This document shows positions 37,500-64,000 of a stretch of DNA of 64,000 bases, one piece after another (the first letter of the stretch is position 1; every line of letters begins with the position of its first letter). The notes under the pieces were generated by a model. That model had not been told where the DNA came from, did not search any database, and saw only the letters and a list, made by a program, of their open reading frames with translations. A program made the translations under genes and the position numbers. Origin of the DNA: Raillietiella orientalis (Eukaryota). The DNA lies in NCBI GenBank assembly GCA_036172245.1, contig JAYWIR010000026.1:2046001-2110000 (forward strand). Direction: 5' to 3'.

Positions 37500-40300
37500 C
37501 GGGGAGGCGTGCTCATCCGGGTGCGCAGAGCCGTCGACCCCGTTCCTGACGCCGCAGGCTATATGCCCCCTCTCTCGGGGTGGGCGCGTTCCTTTCCGTT
37601 GCGAGCGGCTACGTTGCGGCGCGCCCGATCCACCTGCCCCAGGGTTTTGTGAGCTCCGCCTCCCCCCCCCCGCCCACATTCGGAGGAACGGGCTCATCGA
37701 GGGAAATGCCAACTCTCTTCCTCCTTCCGTGGACCCATCTGGGATCCACGCTCCGCGCGAAGACATCCCTCCATGCGCATCTCTCGCCTCATCCACGCTT
37801 CTCTAGAGCGCCAACACCATGCTGTCTCCCACGTGGCGCTCACGCACGCTGTGCGGTGTTCCTCACACTCACTTTCTCCGTGCGTCCAGAGATCTCCCTG
37901 CCTCCTGGATTTTTGCAGGTGCGGAGTCCTGGAAAGGCGAAGGGGAAGGTTGGGTTGGTTCCTGTAACCCGTGGAGGCGCTTCGGAGAGCTGCGGCGCCA
38001 GGACGGCGTGGCGGCCTGCCCGCCTGTCCTGCTCGCGCCTCCCGGGTGCGTGTAGGAGAGCGGTGCACCGTTGCCCGTGGAGATCAGGACCTCCCTCCCC
38101 ATCATTCCACCCCCATCCTCCCATCCTTCATCCAGGTGGCATGTGTGGACAGCCGCCGGTCACCTCTGCCGGCCATCCCGGTGGTCTCTTCTCGCGCGCC
38201 CTCCACCGTCCGGCTGTGGGTGAAGCGCACCTGGCTTGGTCAGCAGGTCCGTGTCGCCCTCGCGGCAGCGACTCGATGCACCGCCCCCTCCCCCCCGCTT
38301 CTCTTCATGGCTTCGGAAGGCGAAGAGGCGTTTTGTCTCCTCGCCCTCTTTCCGGGTACTCCTCCTCATCTTCGGACTTGCGCAACACGTCCCGGCTCCC
38401 TTCCAGAGGCGACGGCAACCGGAAAACTTTCCTTGCCCCCGACGCCCACCTGAAGTTGCCCTCCCCCTCTTCCTTCCTGTGATGCTATGGCAACTTCTCG
38501 AGCCTCCGCGCGTTTCTCTCACTGGCCTCCACTTCAGGGATGCTTTCGATTGCCTGCAGGCCCATCCGGGTCACCGCGCAAGGTCAAACGTCATCGTCAT
38601 CGAGGAAAGGAAAAGCACCTTTCAGGATTTCGAGAACGCGTACAGCACATCGGAGCTCCTCTCTTCCAGGCCCCTTCCTCTTCTGCACCCTGCCACGCCC
38701 TCGCCGCTTCCTTCTCGGGCCTCCACGAGGAGCGCGCACGCTTCGGGGCACCCTAGCTCACGCAGGTTGCTGCGGTCGGTGCGAGTCGAGCAGCCGAAGC
38801 CATCTCGCGGCAGATTCGCGAAACTGACAGGGATCTTCGCGCCGCGCCCTTTGCGCGCGAGTTCCCATAGTTGCTCAAAGTGCACATACATGGATAGAAG
38901 TGGGGGGGGGGGGGGGAAGGGGCGAAAGATGCTGCCCTGGGCTCGTCCGCTCTCGTGCAGCGATTCCCCCGCGTGTGGGAGCACTTGTCTAGTCCCGCGC
39001 TCGGGGCGTCTCGAGCCCTCTCGCCTGCAGCTCCACGTGCGGATGAAAGCGCGCCTCTTTGTCGCTCGCTCTGACACGCGTTTGTCAGGCACGGTGACTG
39101 AAAGTTCCTCAAAGTTCCGAGCCTTCAAAGCCCCGTTCTGAGGAATCAGGATGCGAGGAGCAGAGACAGGTGCGACCCTGGGGGCACTTCTGGAAGTGGA
39201 GACTTTGTTCTCCATCCGCTAGATGGTGGGGCTGCTGCGCGGGCGGAGGCACAACCTGAATAGTAACCGGTTGGACTCTAGCGGAGGGGAAGGGGGCACG
39301 GACATCCTTGGGGGGCGAAAAGAGAGCAAGAAGCACGCGGTCTCCCCTTTCGCATAGACGCCCGACGGACGGAAGCATCGACGTTTCCCAGCAACGGGAA
39401 GCCGATCTCTGTCCAACCGCACGCCTCCTAGGAACGTTCGATTCGCCCTGTCTCTTCCGTTTCCTGCGGGAGAGGGACCCCTCAGCATTGGGGAGGGAGG
39501 GAACAAAGACGGGATCGAAGCGTCCCTCTCGGCGAAGCGCCTCCTGCCGGTCCGTCGGGATGGGCACGAACCGGGCAGCGACTCAGAGCTTCCTCGGGAA
39601 TCGGAAGACGTTGGCTGCTCGTCACCGGAGGGAGGAGAGGGAAGAGAGCCACAGCTTCCCAGAAACGGAGGCGATTCCGATGGAATGTTGACGTCACCGT
39701 AAACACGTGGAAAGCCCTTCCCAGGACGATGCGTGCCCGGCACTGCCCCGGACGAAGCGAAGCCAGTTGGAGGATGATGCCTCGCTCCCGGGAAGGGGGT
39801 CCGCGGGACAAACACGGGAACCTCCGAAAAGTCAGGGATCTTGCGAGGAGGAGCACACCGCGCCGGCGGCGATGACGCTGGACACGAAGCGTGTCTCTCG
39901 GTGCGAAGTGTGCCGCGCAAGGACGACTGACTCTGTTTCGGGCGGAGGGCTCCGCCAAGGTCTTTGCGGAGGCGCTGCCGTCGGACGTGGTCCGGGCGAC
40001 TCTCAGGAGGACCAGGTCCGGTGCGCGCGTGCGCCCGCAGAACTGGCACGCGAGATGCGGGAGCGTTCTCTCGGCGCGGGTGTGCTGCCCGTCGTCCGCG
40101 GGAAACCAGGAAGGGGGGCTCTTGGGAGCCTCTCCCAAACTGCACTCTTCGGAACGGAGTTTCAGTGGGAAAAGTGGTGAGGCTCCTTCCCCCCCACCCC
40201 CACCCCCAGTCGTCTCCCTCCCTCGTGGACGTGCTGCTCCGTCGGTGAAAGGCGACCCGCGCCCAGGGAGTCGCGCCCGTTCGCCTCCCCTCGCCACGGC
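37500..40300 (-). mobile_element. Decayed LINE RT relic
   Basis: TSMLPSVGRLCER (ISLLPSVGKL.ER), HPDSSERGFE (LD.SKAFD), SGRAQGSIFRPF..PLLSMYV (SGVPQGSILGPLLF.IYV). Confidence 0.55.
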
Positions 40301-40651
40301 ACAAACGCGCGCCTTCGTGTTGACTGTCGTTCGGTAGGCATTGCCTCCAGGGAGGGACGGATCTCCAGGGGATCGCTGGTGCTGCTGCTCCCTCTCCTCC
40401 CCTCCTCCTGGCCTCCAAAGGCTCTCCCGGCATTAAAAGCGTGCTGGCAGAAGCTCCGCTTTCCCAACAGCCGGGTGCCGAGAAGACCCTTTTGTTTTTT
40501 TTAAGGGGAGAAGGGGGAGGAGTTTCCTCGGGTCAAAGGCACGGCAGCGGGATGAGGGCGCAGCGAGGATGAAGCACCGCAGGGAGGGGTTGGCTGGAAG
40601 ATGACAGCGCGCAGGATCCCCCCCGGGAAAAAGATCCCTCCGTTCCGTGAG

Positions 40652-40657
40652 AAAAAA
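40652..40657 (-). terminator. RNA polymerase III terminator (T6) of tRNA-Leu
   Basis: AAAAAA on + strand (T6 on - strand) 5 nt past the tRNA 3' end. Confidence 0.7.
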
Positions 40658-40662
40658 GTCGT

Positions 40663-40746
40663 TGTCAGAAGTGGGATTCGAACCCACGCCCGGAAAACCG
40701 GACTGCGACCTGAACGCAGCGCCTTAGACCACTCGGCCATCCTGAC
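40663..40746 (-). tRNA. trnL-CAG: tRNA-Leu (anticodon CAG)
   Basis: Reverse complement is GTCAGGATGGCCGAGTGGTCTAAGGCGCTGCGTTCAGGTCGCAGTCCGGTTTTCCGGGCGTGGGTTCGAATCCCACTTCTGACA: A box, CAG anticodon, long variable arm, GGTTCGAATCC B box, paired acceptor stem. Confidence 0.97.
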
Positions 40747-41599
40747 TACGTATTCACTTTGCATAAACAGCATTCTTCTACAACGCAAGCTCGGTTTCCT
40801 GCGGAGGCGAGGTTCTCCCGCCTCCGCCGCTGGCTGGGGCGCGGTGGGGGTGGAGGACGGCGGACGCCATCTTTCGAGCGCGCGTTCCCCGGCGGCGCCG
40901 CCCTCGTGCCCGAGCCCGTCGGCAAGCCCCGCGTACGCGGCGGTGGAGAGCGTTCTCGTGCGTACACACACACATACACGCACACGTACAGAAATCGCGG
41001 CGTGTGTTTCGGGGAATGTTGCGAGTTTGTCGAGTTCCTTTTTTTTTTTTTTTTTTTTTTTTCTTTCGCACACCGCTTGTGCTCGATGCAGCGAACCCTC
41101 CCCCCCCCCTCGCCCCCAAAAAGAAAACAGTTTCGAAAAGCTGGCACCGCGCGTGCGCGCTGGGTCGGAACCCCCGGGTGACCCCCGAACGTGCTGCGGC
41201 TGCGCGCTCGCTCCGAAGTGTCTTCTTTGCGGCGGCTGCCCCCTATCCCCTCCCCCCCGCGCGCGCGAGGGGGAGGGGATGCTGCGCCGGAGGCCACGCT
41301 CCCGACGGAAGTGCAGCAACAGGGGCATTCCAGGATGCGTGCGCTCTCCCCAGCCGGCTCAGGAAGCCGGCAGCAGCGGAAGCCACTGCCTGGTTTCCGT
41401 TAATCAAGTCAGCAGCAGCTCCCCGCAGGAGGCGTGTCGATCGAAAGGTGAGATGGGGTGGGAGAAGAGCGATCCCGATGGTCCTTCGAGACGGCGCCGC
41501 GAAAAGCGCCTGCTCCACCATGCACGTGGATCACGAGGATACTCCGCAGCATCCAGCGATTCGAGATGGGAACCCTGTTTGCCCGTTGCTGCTACTACA

Positions 41600-43130
41600 A
41601 TCATCATTATCATTTCTCCTCCTTCCCCCCACCCTCATCGACGGTGCGCTTTCCGGATCGATTCCAGGGAAATCGAAGAAACTGCCGTGCAACACCGTGG
41701 GTTGTGTGCGCTCTTCAGGGCTATTTTTCAAGAGGGCGGAAAGGATTCTCGCCCGCGACACTCTTCTGATGCCCCCCCTGTTTTGTGTGTGTCGGTTTTC
41801 CCTGTTGTTGTTTCTTTTGCCGTCTTTCACTTGGTTGCGTTTCCACGAGGACCACCCCATTTTTCATTCCCAATTTTTCGGTTGCAGGCGGTTTGTCCTG
41901 TGCACGAGCTCGCGCACAGGAGGGGGAGGAGGAGTGATGGCGGGAGTGGAACCGGGAGGGGGGGGGATTGCCACCATGTTCGGATGGCGGATGTTCTTCC
42001 TGAGGAGTCAGCTCGCCGAAGGTTTTTCAGTTGGTGGCACATTGACCCGCTCGGGTGGTCACTCCCCTAGAGATGTGGACATTGATGGATATCGATCTTC
42101 TGATCGATTTCGACGAGAAGATGCGTCGGCAAACAGGAAGGGAAAAAAAAAGGGGGGTGGGGGAGAAACAAAGAGCAAAAACAAGAGGGGGGGGGGGAGG
42201 GGAGGGAAGAAAGAGGGAGGAAGAGGAGGGAGGGAGGGGAGGTGAACCAGGAGGCGGAGAACTACGGGAGGCATTCGACCTCAGCTCACTGGCGCGACGC
42301 CCCCAGCCCACGCGATACGGCGGCTTAGCTCTCGCTCTGTTTGCCCACGGACGACGCTCTCGGCGTTCGCGCACGGGAAGATGGGCTGCGCGGGTGGCGC
42401 GAGCGCTCCCCCTTCTTCTGTCGGCTCTTGAGGATGGCCAAGTGGGGAACGCCCGCGCGCATGGGCGAGACCCCCGCGCCGGAGCGCCCCAACGCCCCGA
42501 TGGAGGCGCGCGTCCCGAGCGGTGCCGGCCGAGAACGCCGCCCGTGCCCCGCTGTGCTCCGGCGTGTCTGCAGCCGTCACCTTGGTCACGGGCGAAACGC
42601 GCTTGCCGTTGCCGACCTCCCCGTTCCCCTTTGGCTTCCGAGCTTCCCGTAGGTTCGTTGCGCTTCTTGCAGCAGAGCGAGGCTCGGCAACCTCCGTCCG
42701 CACCACGTGTGGGCTTTTGCTTCCGCACTCGCATCTTCTTCACCCAGCAGAGGAAGATCTCTTTGTCGCATCGTGTCAGTGGTCGCACTGCTGCAGAGGG
42801 GAGCCACGTCCTGGCGTCCTCCGCCGAGAGCTCGCATTCCGGAGCCTCGCGCGTCTTGGCGTGCGTCGAAGCTGCCCTTCCAGACGCGTGGCCTTGGAGA
42901 GGTGCTCCCATGGCAGCACCGCTCTTCGAGGAGCAGTGGTTCCTTCTGCTCCTCCCGGTGGTCAACCGCTGCCTCTCGCCGCTGCGCTTCCTGCCCAGAA
43001 CTTTCGGTGTGGGCCGGAAGGGTATTCGGAGCGCCTGCCCCCCCCCCTCCCCCCCGGAGTCGGCGATCCAGAGGCGGATGTCCCGGGAAAGTGTGCCGGA
43101 CTGATCGTTCGCGGCGGCGGCTCTCTGATA
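41600..43130 (-). mobile_element. Decayed LINE relic, possibly RTE-clade
   Basis: EAPECELSAEDAR (KAPG.D.I.AE), LKNLRRADS (NLRFADD), KLGMKN..VET (GMKIN..KT). Confidence 0.35.
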
Positions 43131-43299
43131 GCCTCCAGCTGACCACGAGCGCGCGCGGGGGCCACCGCCCTCGGGTTTTGAGCCCCTCTCTGTCTCCGCC
43201 GTTTTCCTATCCGCTTTCTGTTTTTTGGGGGAGGGGGGGGGGAGTATCTCGAGAGCCGTCGCGCGCCGAATGGCCCACGCAGCTCTTTGACACTGTCCC

Positions 43300-45700
43300 A
43301 CGCCACCAGAGGATGCGTGTAGTAACTCTTCATGTTGGGGGTAACCACGGGAAGGGACCACCCTATGCATTCAGGAAGGGCTCCGAATAAGGGGGTCCCG
43401 TTCATCTTACGCCTGGGGAGGGGAACCCCGACGGAAACCCTACGCCCCGATTATCTCCGAAGGGAACCTCGAAGGGAATCTCCTTCCTTGTTCTCTCCGG
43501 AGGGACCCCTGGAGGGGACGACTCTGCGTTTCTTCTCCAAAGAGACCCTTCTGAAAGGATTCGCTCCCTGCTTCCTCCTCCCCCGAGGAGAACCCCGAGG
43601 GGACGCTTCCGAATTTTCCCTAAAGTGCGCTCCGCGAAGGGAGCGGCGTGCATTTCTTGACACTCTATGGAGAGGCATCCACCAGCTCCATGGTACGAGG
43701 TGAAGGTCCATCCACGAGGGGGATGGGGTCAGCTCCTTTGCACAACCGGAGGGGGACTCTGAAGGGACTCCTTAATTATGTTTCCTGGAAGGACCCCGGA
43801 GGGTCGACTCCCATTGTCCCGGTCAACCATCGGGGGCATGCCGTTCGGACCGCTACCGGTGCCGCAGTCGAATTGAGGACGTCCAGCGTCATCTCGCGGG
43901 AGGAACGCGAACCTGCGACTCACCAGCCATTCTCGACGTCGATTCTTCCCCAGTACCCGGACCCGCGACACCTGGAGGTGCCACGCCTTTCAGGGACTCA
44001 GCAACCACATGGCCTCCGATGCGGGCCTGGAAGGTCTTCCTGCGTGTGGTCGCCCGTTGCCTTGCTGAGCACCTCTGCCTTCGGTCGCTTCAGGAAGACG
44101 CAGACTACAGTCCCGGCCAACCGCCTCTCCTCAGCTCTCCCACGCCGCAGGGGAGGCCGTGCCATCCCGGTTTCCCGTCGTCTCGCCCTTCTTGTTGTCT
44201 CTCTGTAGGTCAGCGGGCTGCTTCTCTTCGAGGTTTGGTGCCCGTTCCAGCTTGCTCCCAGAGAAACCCTTGCTGGCTCCCGTGCCAAAGCAGCGCACCA
44301 TCATGTTGTTGTTCCTCCTCTTCCACATCTTCCTTAGATTATGACTTCCTGCTGCACCAGTGATGACACTTGACATGGCAACGCTAAGCGAGAGACAGAC
44401 GAGGGCTGGGACTTCACTTCCCGGAGCTCAGGTCCCACTCGTGCCTTCTGCTCCTCCTAGCACATTGTCACTGGGCTTCGACGGAGTGTCCCTTCTCCTG
44501 CTGCCGTTAGAAGCGTCTTCAGGAGCTGCTCCCTGCCTGCCTCAGCGCAGCAAGGAAACCACCGCAGCTCTGTCTCCCAGAGGTGCGCACTAGGAAGCGA
44601 CGGGACTGGCAGCCGTGGCTATGGGAGGGGCGGCACGAAAGGGGCAGCTCGGGCTTTTCGAGTACGTTTTTTTTTTTCTTTTTTTTCAGGGGAAGGGTCG
44701 GAGGGGAGGGGGCATATCAAACTCCAAAACGACTCAACAAGGATGGGATCTCAATAAGGAGTTTGATCGATGCCTTGGCGGGAATTTTCGGGTCGCCTCC
44801 GTGGTACATGTTGAGCAACCGCAGCAGCAGCAGTCACCCTCTCGTCCCTTCGAGGACGTGACAAAGTCAGCCGGACAGACTCCTCAGAGAGGGACGCGGC
44901 ATTCCCGGAGGCGCGGTGCCGCCGCCCGTAGCCCTTGTGCGCAAGAGGGCACCATCCACCGCCAGCGCCGAAGCGGGGCGCCGGACATTGCCTGGAAAGC
45001 GTCATCCGAAACGGAGCGCTCCCCCTGGCGTGCGGCGAAACCCGTCACAAAGGGTGGGGGGTTGGTGGGCTCCTCCACCTTTGCGGCGGGGCCGCGAAAG
45101 CCTCCTGCACTCCTCCCCCGGATCCCCTTGAATCGAGCGGCCAGGGAGGCGGCAACGACCGCGCCGGACACGCGGTGACTCATAGGAGGGGGTGAAACCG
45201 GCTAGAGATGAATCAGGAGAACTTCCGCTGGAGCTCCAAGGGCCTTTGCCCGCTCCGCGACGTGGCCGCAAACCTCCTGGGGAACGGGCGAATGGAATGT
45301 CGCAAGCCTACCAATTGTGCACCCTTGGAAAATCGACGGGGAAGGGGGGGAACAGTGTGACGATCTCTTTACCCGAGAAAGGTCCTTCTGGCCGGCCGGC
45401 TGCCATGGATGCTCCTCCTTCATCTGGAGGGAAGAGGGCGATTTACGCGTGCCGTCAAGTCGAGAGTAGGAGCGCGTTTCGTTCCCGGGAACCTGCCGAG
45501 CGGTTGGTTCCGCCCTCGAGTGGATTTCCTTCGGTGGGTGGGAAGAGCTGCTGCCCTGTGCCACGCCCGAGCCGTGTGGGTCGAATCCTGGCGAAAACGG
45601 CCCCACGGCATCGCCTTCCCACTGCCTCCAAGATTGCTCTCCTACAGAATCCGATCCCCTATAACGACTACGCGACCGAGCACCGGGCCAGGGTGGAAAT
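43300..45700 (-). mobile_element. Decayed LINE relic, RT + RNase H
   Basis: FSPGFDPHGSGVAQGSSSSHP (SGVPQGSVLSP), VITGA, HLQVSRVRVLGKN (LQWVP.HVGV.GNE). Confidence 0.45.
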
Positions 45701-48700
45701 GCCTCCCATCTTCCCTCCCCCCTCCACTCCCCTATCCGGGATGCGCGGGTTGAGACGGGATGAGCGAGCGTCTTTGCAGTTCACCTGATCCAGTTACGTC
45801 TGGGGAGGGAGGGGGGAGGGACGATAGGGAGCATTTCCGCCCTGGTCCGGTGCTCCTTTCCCTTCAGATCGCAAATAAGGCCGTCCTTTGACCACCGATC
45901 CGGATTTTCTCAGCCGGGCGTCCCCCTTTCCGTGGGGGGCGCTCTCACGTGGCATTCCTCCGGAGCGGGGACTCCCGCGGCGGAATTCACGTGATCGGCA
46001 CCCAGTCGACGCGCGCCCGATCATTTCCAGACATCGTGCAGGCTCGTTTTCGAAGATGCAATGAAAGTCTCATTTCGCCGCGCGCCCAAGCCGACACGTC
46101 CACTCATCTTTCGACAATTTCCTTCCCGACATCGTGTCCGTGCCGTGTGCGCCTTCTTTCCCAGCCTCGCTTCGCACGCGCACGAATGTTCGCCGCAACC
46201 GATCGATATTTGTTGGATTTCCTCATTTTCACTTGATTTCGGAAGGGTTCATGTTGCCCCTTTGGGCACCCGGGTGGAATCAACGCAGGTTGCGAGGGAA
46301 CGTTGGAGCGTGCACGCTGCAGCGAGCAACGTCACGTAGAATGCTTAGATCGAATTTCCTTGGCGGAAGAGGAAAATGATCTAATTGAACGCTCGGAATC
46401 TCCGGGACGAGGAGACAAATGCAAGTTTCGAAATGAGAGGGTGCGTGAGGAATGCGCGCCGATCTCCGTGCACGGGCGTCATTAGAGTCCGCAGCATGGC
46501 CACGACACTTGACAGCCGAAAGGTGTTCAGTTCAGTTTGTCTGTATTTGTCCAGGAATCCTCATAACAACGCACGTGGGTGGTGGTCTGTGAATGCGAAC
46601 TATCTGCGTGGTCAGGAAGCAGTGCTGGTAGCTTCCCCTTCTAAATTATTACGAATGCCTACCGGAAATGACTTGTGCTTTGATAAGGCCTTTGAAACAT
46701 GTTTGAATTCCTTGGATTCTGGTTGCAAGTTTCTGCGTTTGCATCTTAGACGTGATCTTGTTTCCCCTTCCTCATTAGAAGCTTCGCTGACTCGCTGAAT
46801 TCTCTCACATGTTTTAGGAAATTGAACAGATCATGTATTGTAACCCAGTGTTACTTTGAAATATATTACACGTTGCCCACGTTCATTCAGGTACTGTGCT
46901 ACAGTTCACCGAAGAGAGGAAACCCAGGTTTCAAACATCAAGTATTTGGTGTTTGAAACCAATCAGAAAAACAACCTTTCCATCCTTTTCTGTGGAAGAT
47001 GTGCTTCATTCCTGAGCGGAAACTTTTCCGACCAAAGCTTTCTCAGTACTTCAAAGAGCATCGTGATTTTCAACGAAATATGATCTATCCACCTATAAGC
47101 ATTCTGGATGGTTTTCAAAAAGAAACAATACTGTTTTTCTTTTTTTATTCGAAATGAGCATAGCATTTAGCCGAGTCTGTTGCATAAATTATGGTAGCAG
47201 TCCGTGGGTATAGCTTAAGCCTATTTTATCAAGAAAGTAAACATCAAATGCTGACAGTAAAAATTGGGGGACCAATACCGGAATCAGACTCCTTGATAAA
47301 TCGTAACAGCTCATTAAATCGTATTGGAATCTCAATGCAGCTAAATCACAGTGCACTGGAAACTATGACGAGAAAAAAATTAGTTGGCTCCCAAAATTAG
47401 GTAAATCCCTAACGGAAATATAGAGGTCTTTATTTCTGAATCATTCGTTAGCATATATCCTCGAGCTGATCAAGACAGTTTTCTATTCCCAAGAAGCTGG
47501 CAAACTTTAGTAGCGAATGGATTGTGTTAGACGGGAAATGACTCACATCACTTCAGCAGAGACTTGAAAATAAAAAGAATGTAATTGCATGGCAACCGTG
47601 GTGCAGATCAACGACCACGACCGCTCAAAGATTCCAGGAGTGAGGACATTTTGGAAAAAAGAGTAAGGGAAAATGGGAAAGCTTTTCAACAGCAGACAGA
47701 AAAATCGGAATTTCAGAAACACACACACACACTCCTCTCTTTTTTCCCCTAGCAGAAGGAGATCGGCCTTTTCCGCCGGATTTTGCTTTTAAACGATTGG
47801 TTTGCTTTCTTAATGAGTAGAGAAAAGCAGCAGCAACTAGTGGTATTAGCCTTCGTGTCAAAAACCATTTCAATTCGAAGCACTTTTCGGTCGTGCGTTG
47901 TGTGGATAGGGACGTGTTCTCCAAAACAAACACGAACAGCAGCCCTGGTAGATGACGATTACGTGCCCTCGTGGGATGGAAAAAAACACTCCCAAAGGCA
48001 CAGGTGTCGAGAGAAGCGTCTTGATTTAACAAACCGGGAGGCCTTGCAAGTCCAGAAGACCCTCCCGAGTTTGGTTTCCGGCCGTTCCGCGATGTTTCGT
48101 GGACAGAGTGCTGGGAGCTCAGCATGTACGGTAATTTGCTTAAGAGGTCGTTAGAACTGCCGCTTCCCCCCCCCCCCCACATTCCACAGCGTAGACGTTC
48201 CCAGCTTTTGCAGGACAGCCGTGCTTGGAAAAAGATTGAAACGTAAAGACGAAAAAGAGTTTTTCCTTTTTTCCTTTCTTCCGTTGTTTAAAGCAGCCTC
48301 AAGTCCTTTGCAGGTTGCCTTTGTCAGTGCCGTCCGATTTACTTTGGTGAATGTGATTCCTATGGCGATCTCCCTGCACTCTCAAGACAGGATGGCTCAA
48401 AGGGTTCTTTGTGGTTCGTAGAATTTCCGGTCTTCGTGAGCGCCTTGCTGCGGTTGTCCTATCTAAAATTAAAGCCAGTGGAAGGAAACGGCCCCCATAA
48501 ATGTTGTGATAGCGGAAACCAGTTGTTGCTACAACTTTCCTCCCAGGCCGTGTTAGTTGTTGTTCCCTGTTTTCCCAGTCGCATGGGTAAGCATTCCATC
48601 TTATGGGTGCCAAAGCAAAAGGGTTGGAGAGTGTGTGAACAATCCAAGCTCAACATGCTGATGCGCAGATTTGTTGACAACAAAAGTAAATAAACTCTGG

Positions 48701-49062
48701 GTTGACTCAGTGATTTGTGCTCTTTTTAATTGAAAATAGCATGCACAATGGAGTAAGCGACGGTTGGTTGTAGTGACCCAAAGCTTGCTTGATATTAGTG
48801 TAATGCTCCCAAGTAGTTGGATAGTATATGCAAACATGATCCCTCCAACAAAGTAGTGCATGCTAGTGGTTCAATTAGTAACTTTCTTCAGCATTTGATC
48901 CTTCTAGCTCATTTGTTTAAGTCGTTTTACTGCTCACTTGTTTAATGGTTCTGTTTCAGTAAGGCATGTTGCAATGCATCAGAGATCTGTATGCATTTGC
49001 ACCGAGAAATGTATGAGTTAGTGTATCAGTTAATAGCGTGAATAGCGTGCCACCAATCCAAT

Positions 49063-63995
<14,933 letters not shown>

Positions 63996-64000
63996 GTACG

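Noticed and set aside
40601..42070. 489-aa ORF overlapping the tRNA
   Set aside because: Runs antisense across the tRNA and through a poly-T tract; no coding signature.

Overview
Eukaryotic genomic DNA, most likely from an arthropod (chelicerate-like; inferred from gene families and intron style, species not determined). Three spliced protein-coding genes on the + strand can be assembled by hand with GT-AG introns and consistent phases: (1) the 3' exons of a NOL4/NOL4L-family gene (9443-10983); (2) a complete 4-exon CABIT-domain Serrano/GAREM/THEMIS-like gene (22231-37119, 461 aa, 12-kb first intron); (3) the 5' part of a Rho-associated kinase (ROCK) gene (49063 to window end, 14 exons, many 40-56-nt introns). 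An intact tRNA-Leu(CAG) gene lies on the - strand at 40663-40746. The first ~46 kb is very GC- and CpG-rich and carries many heavily decayed non-LTR (LINE) RT/RNase H relics; most long ORFs in the ORF track there are GC-driven artefacts. Composition switches sharply to AT-rich, CpG-poor DNA over the 5' body of ROCK (~46.5-54.2 kb), followed by two decayed Ty3/gypsy relics in a ROCK intron. I cannot demonstrate a clearly new biological system. The best leads are the CABIT protein's ITIM-like/RPPK tail, a perfectly duplicated 42-bp hairpin element, a hammerhead-like structured motif at the window start, a candidate 9-nt ROCK microexon, and the compositional boundary.
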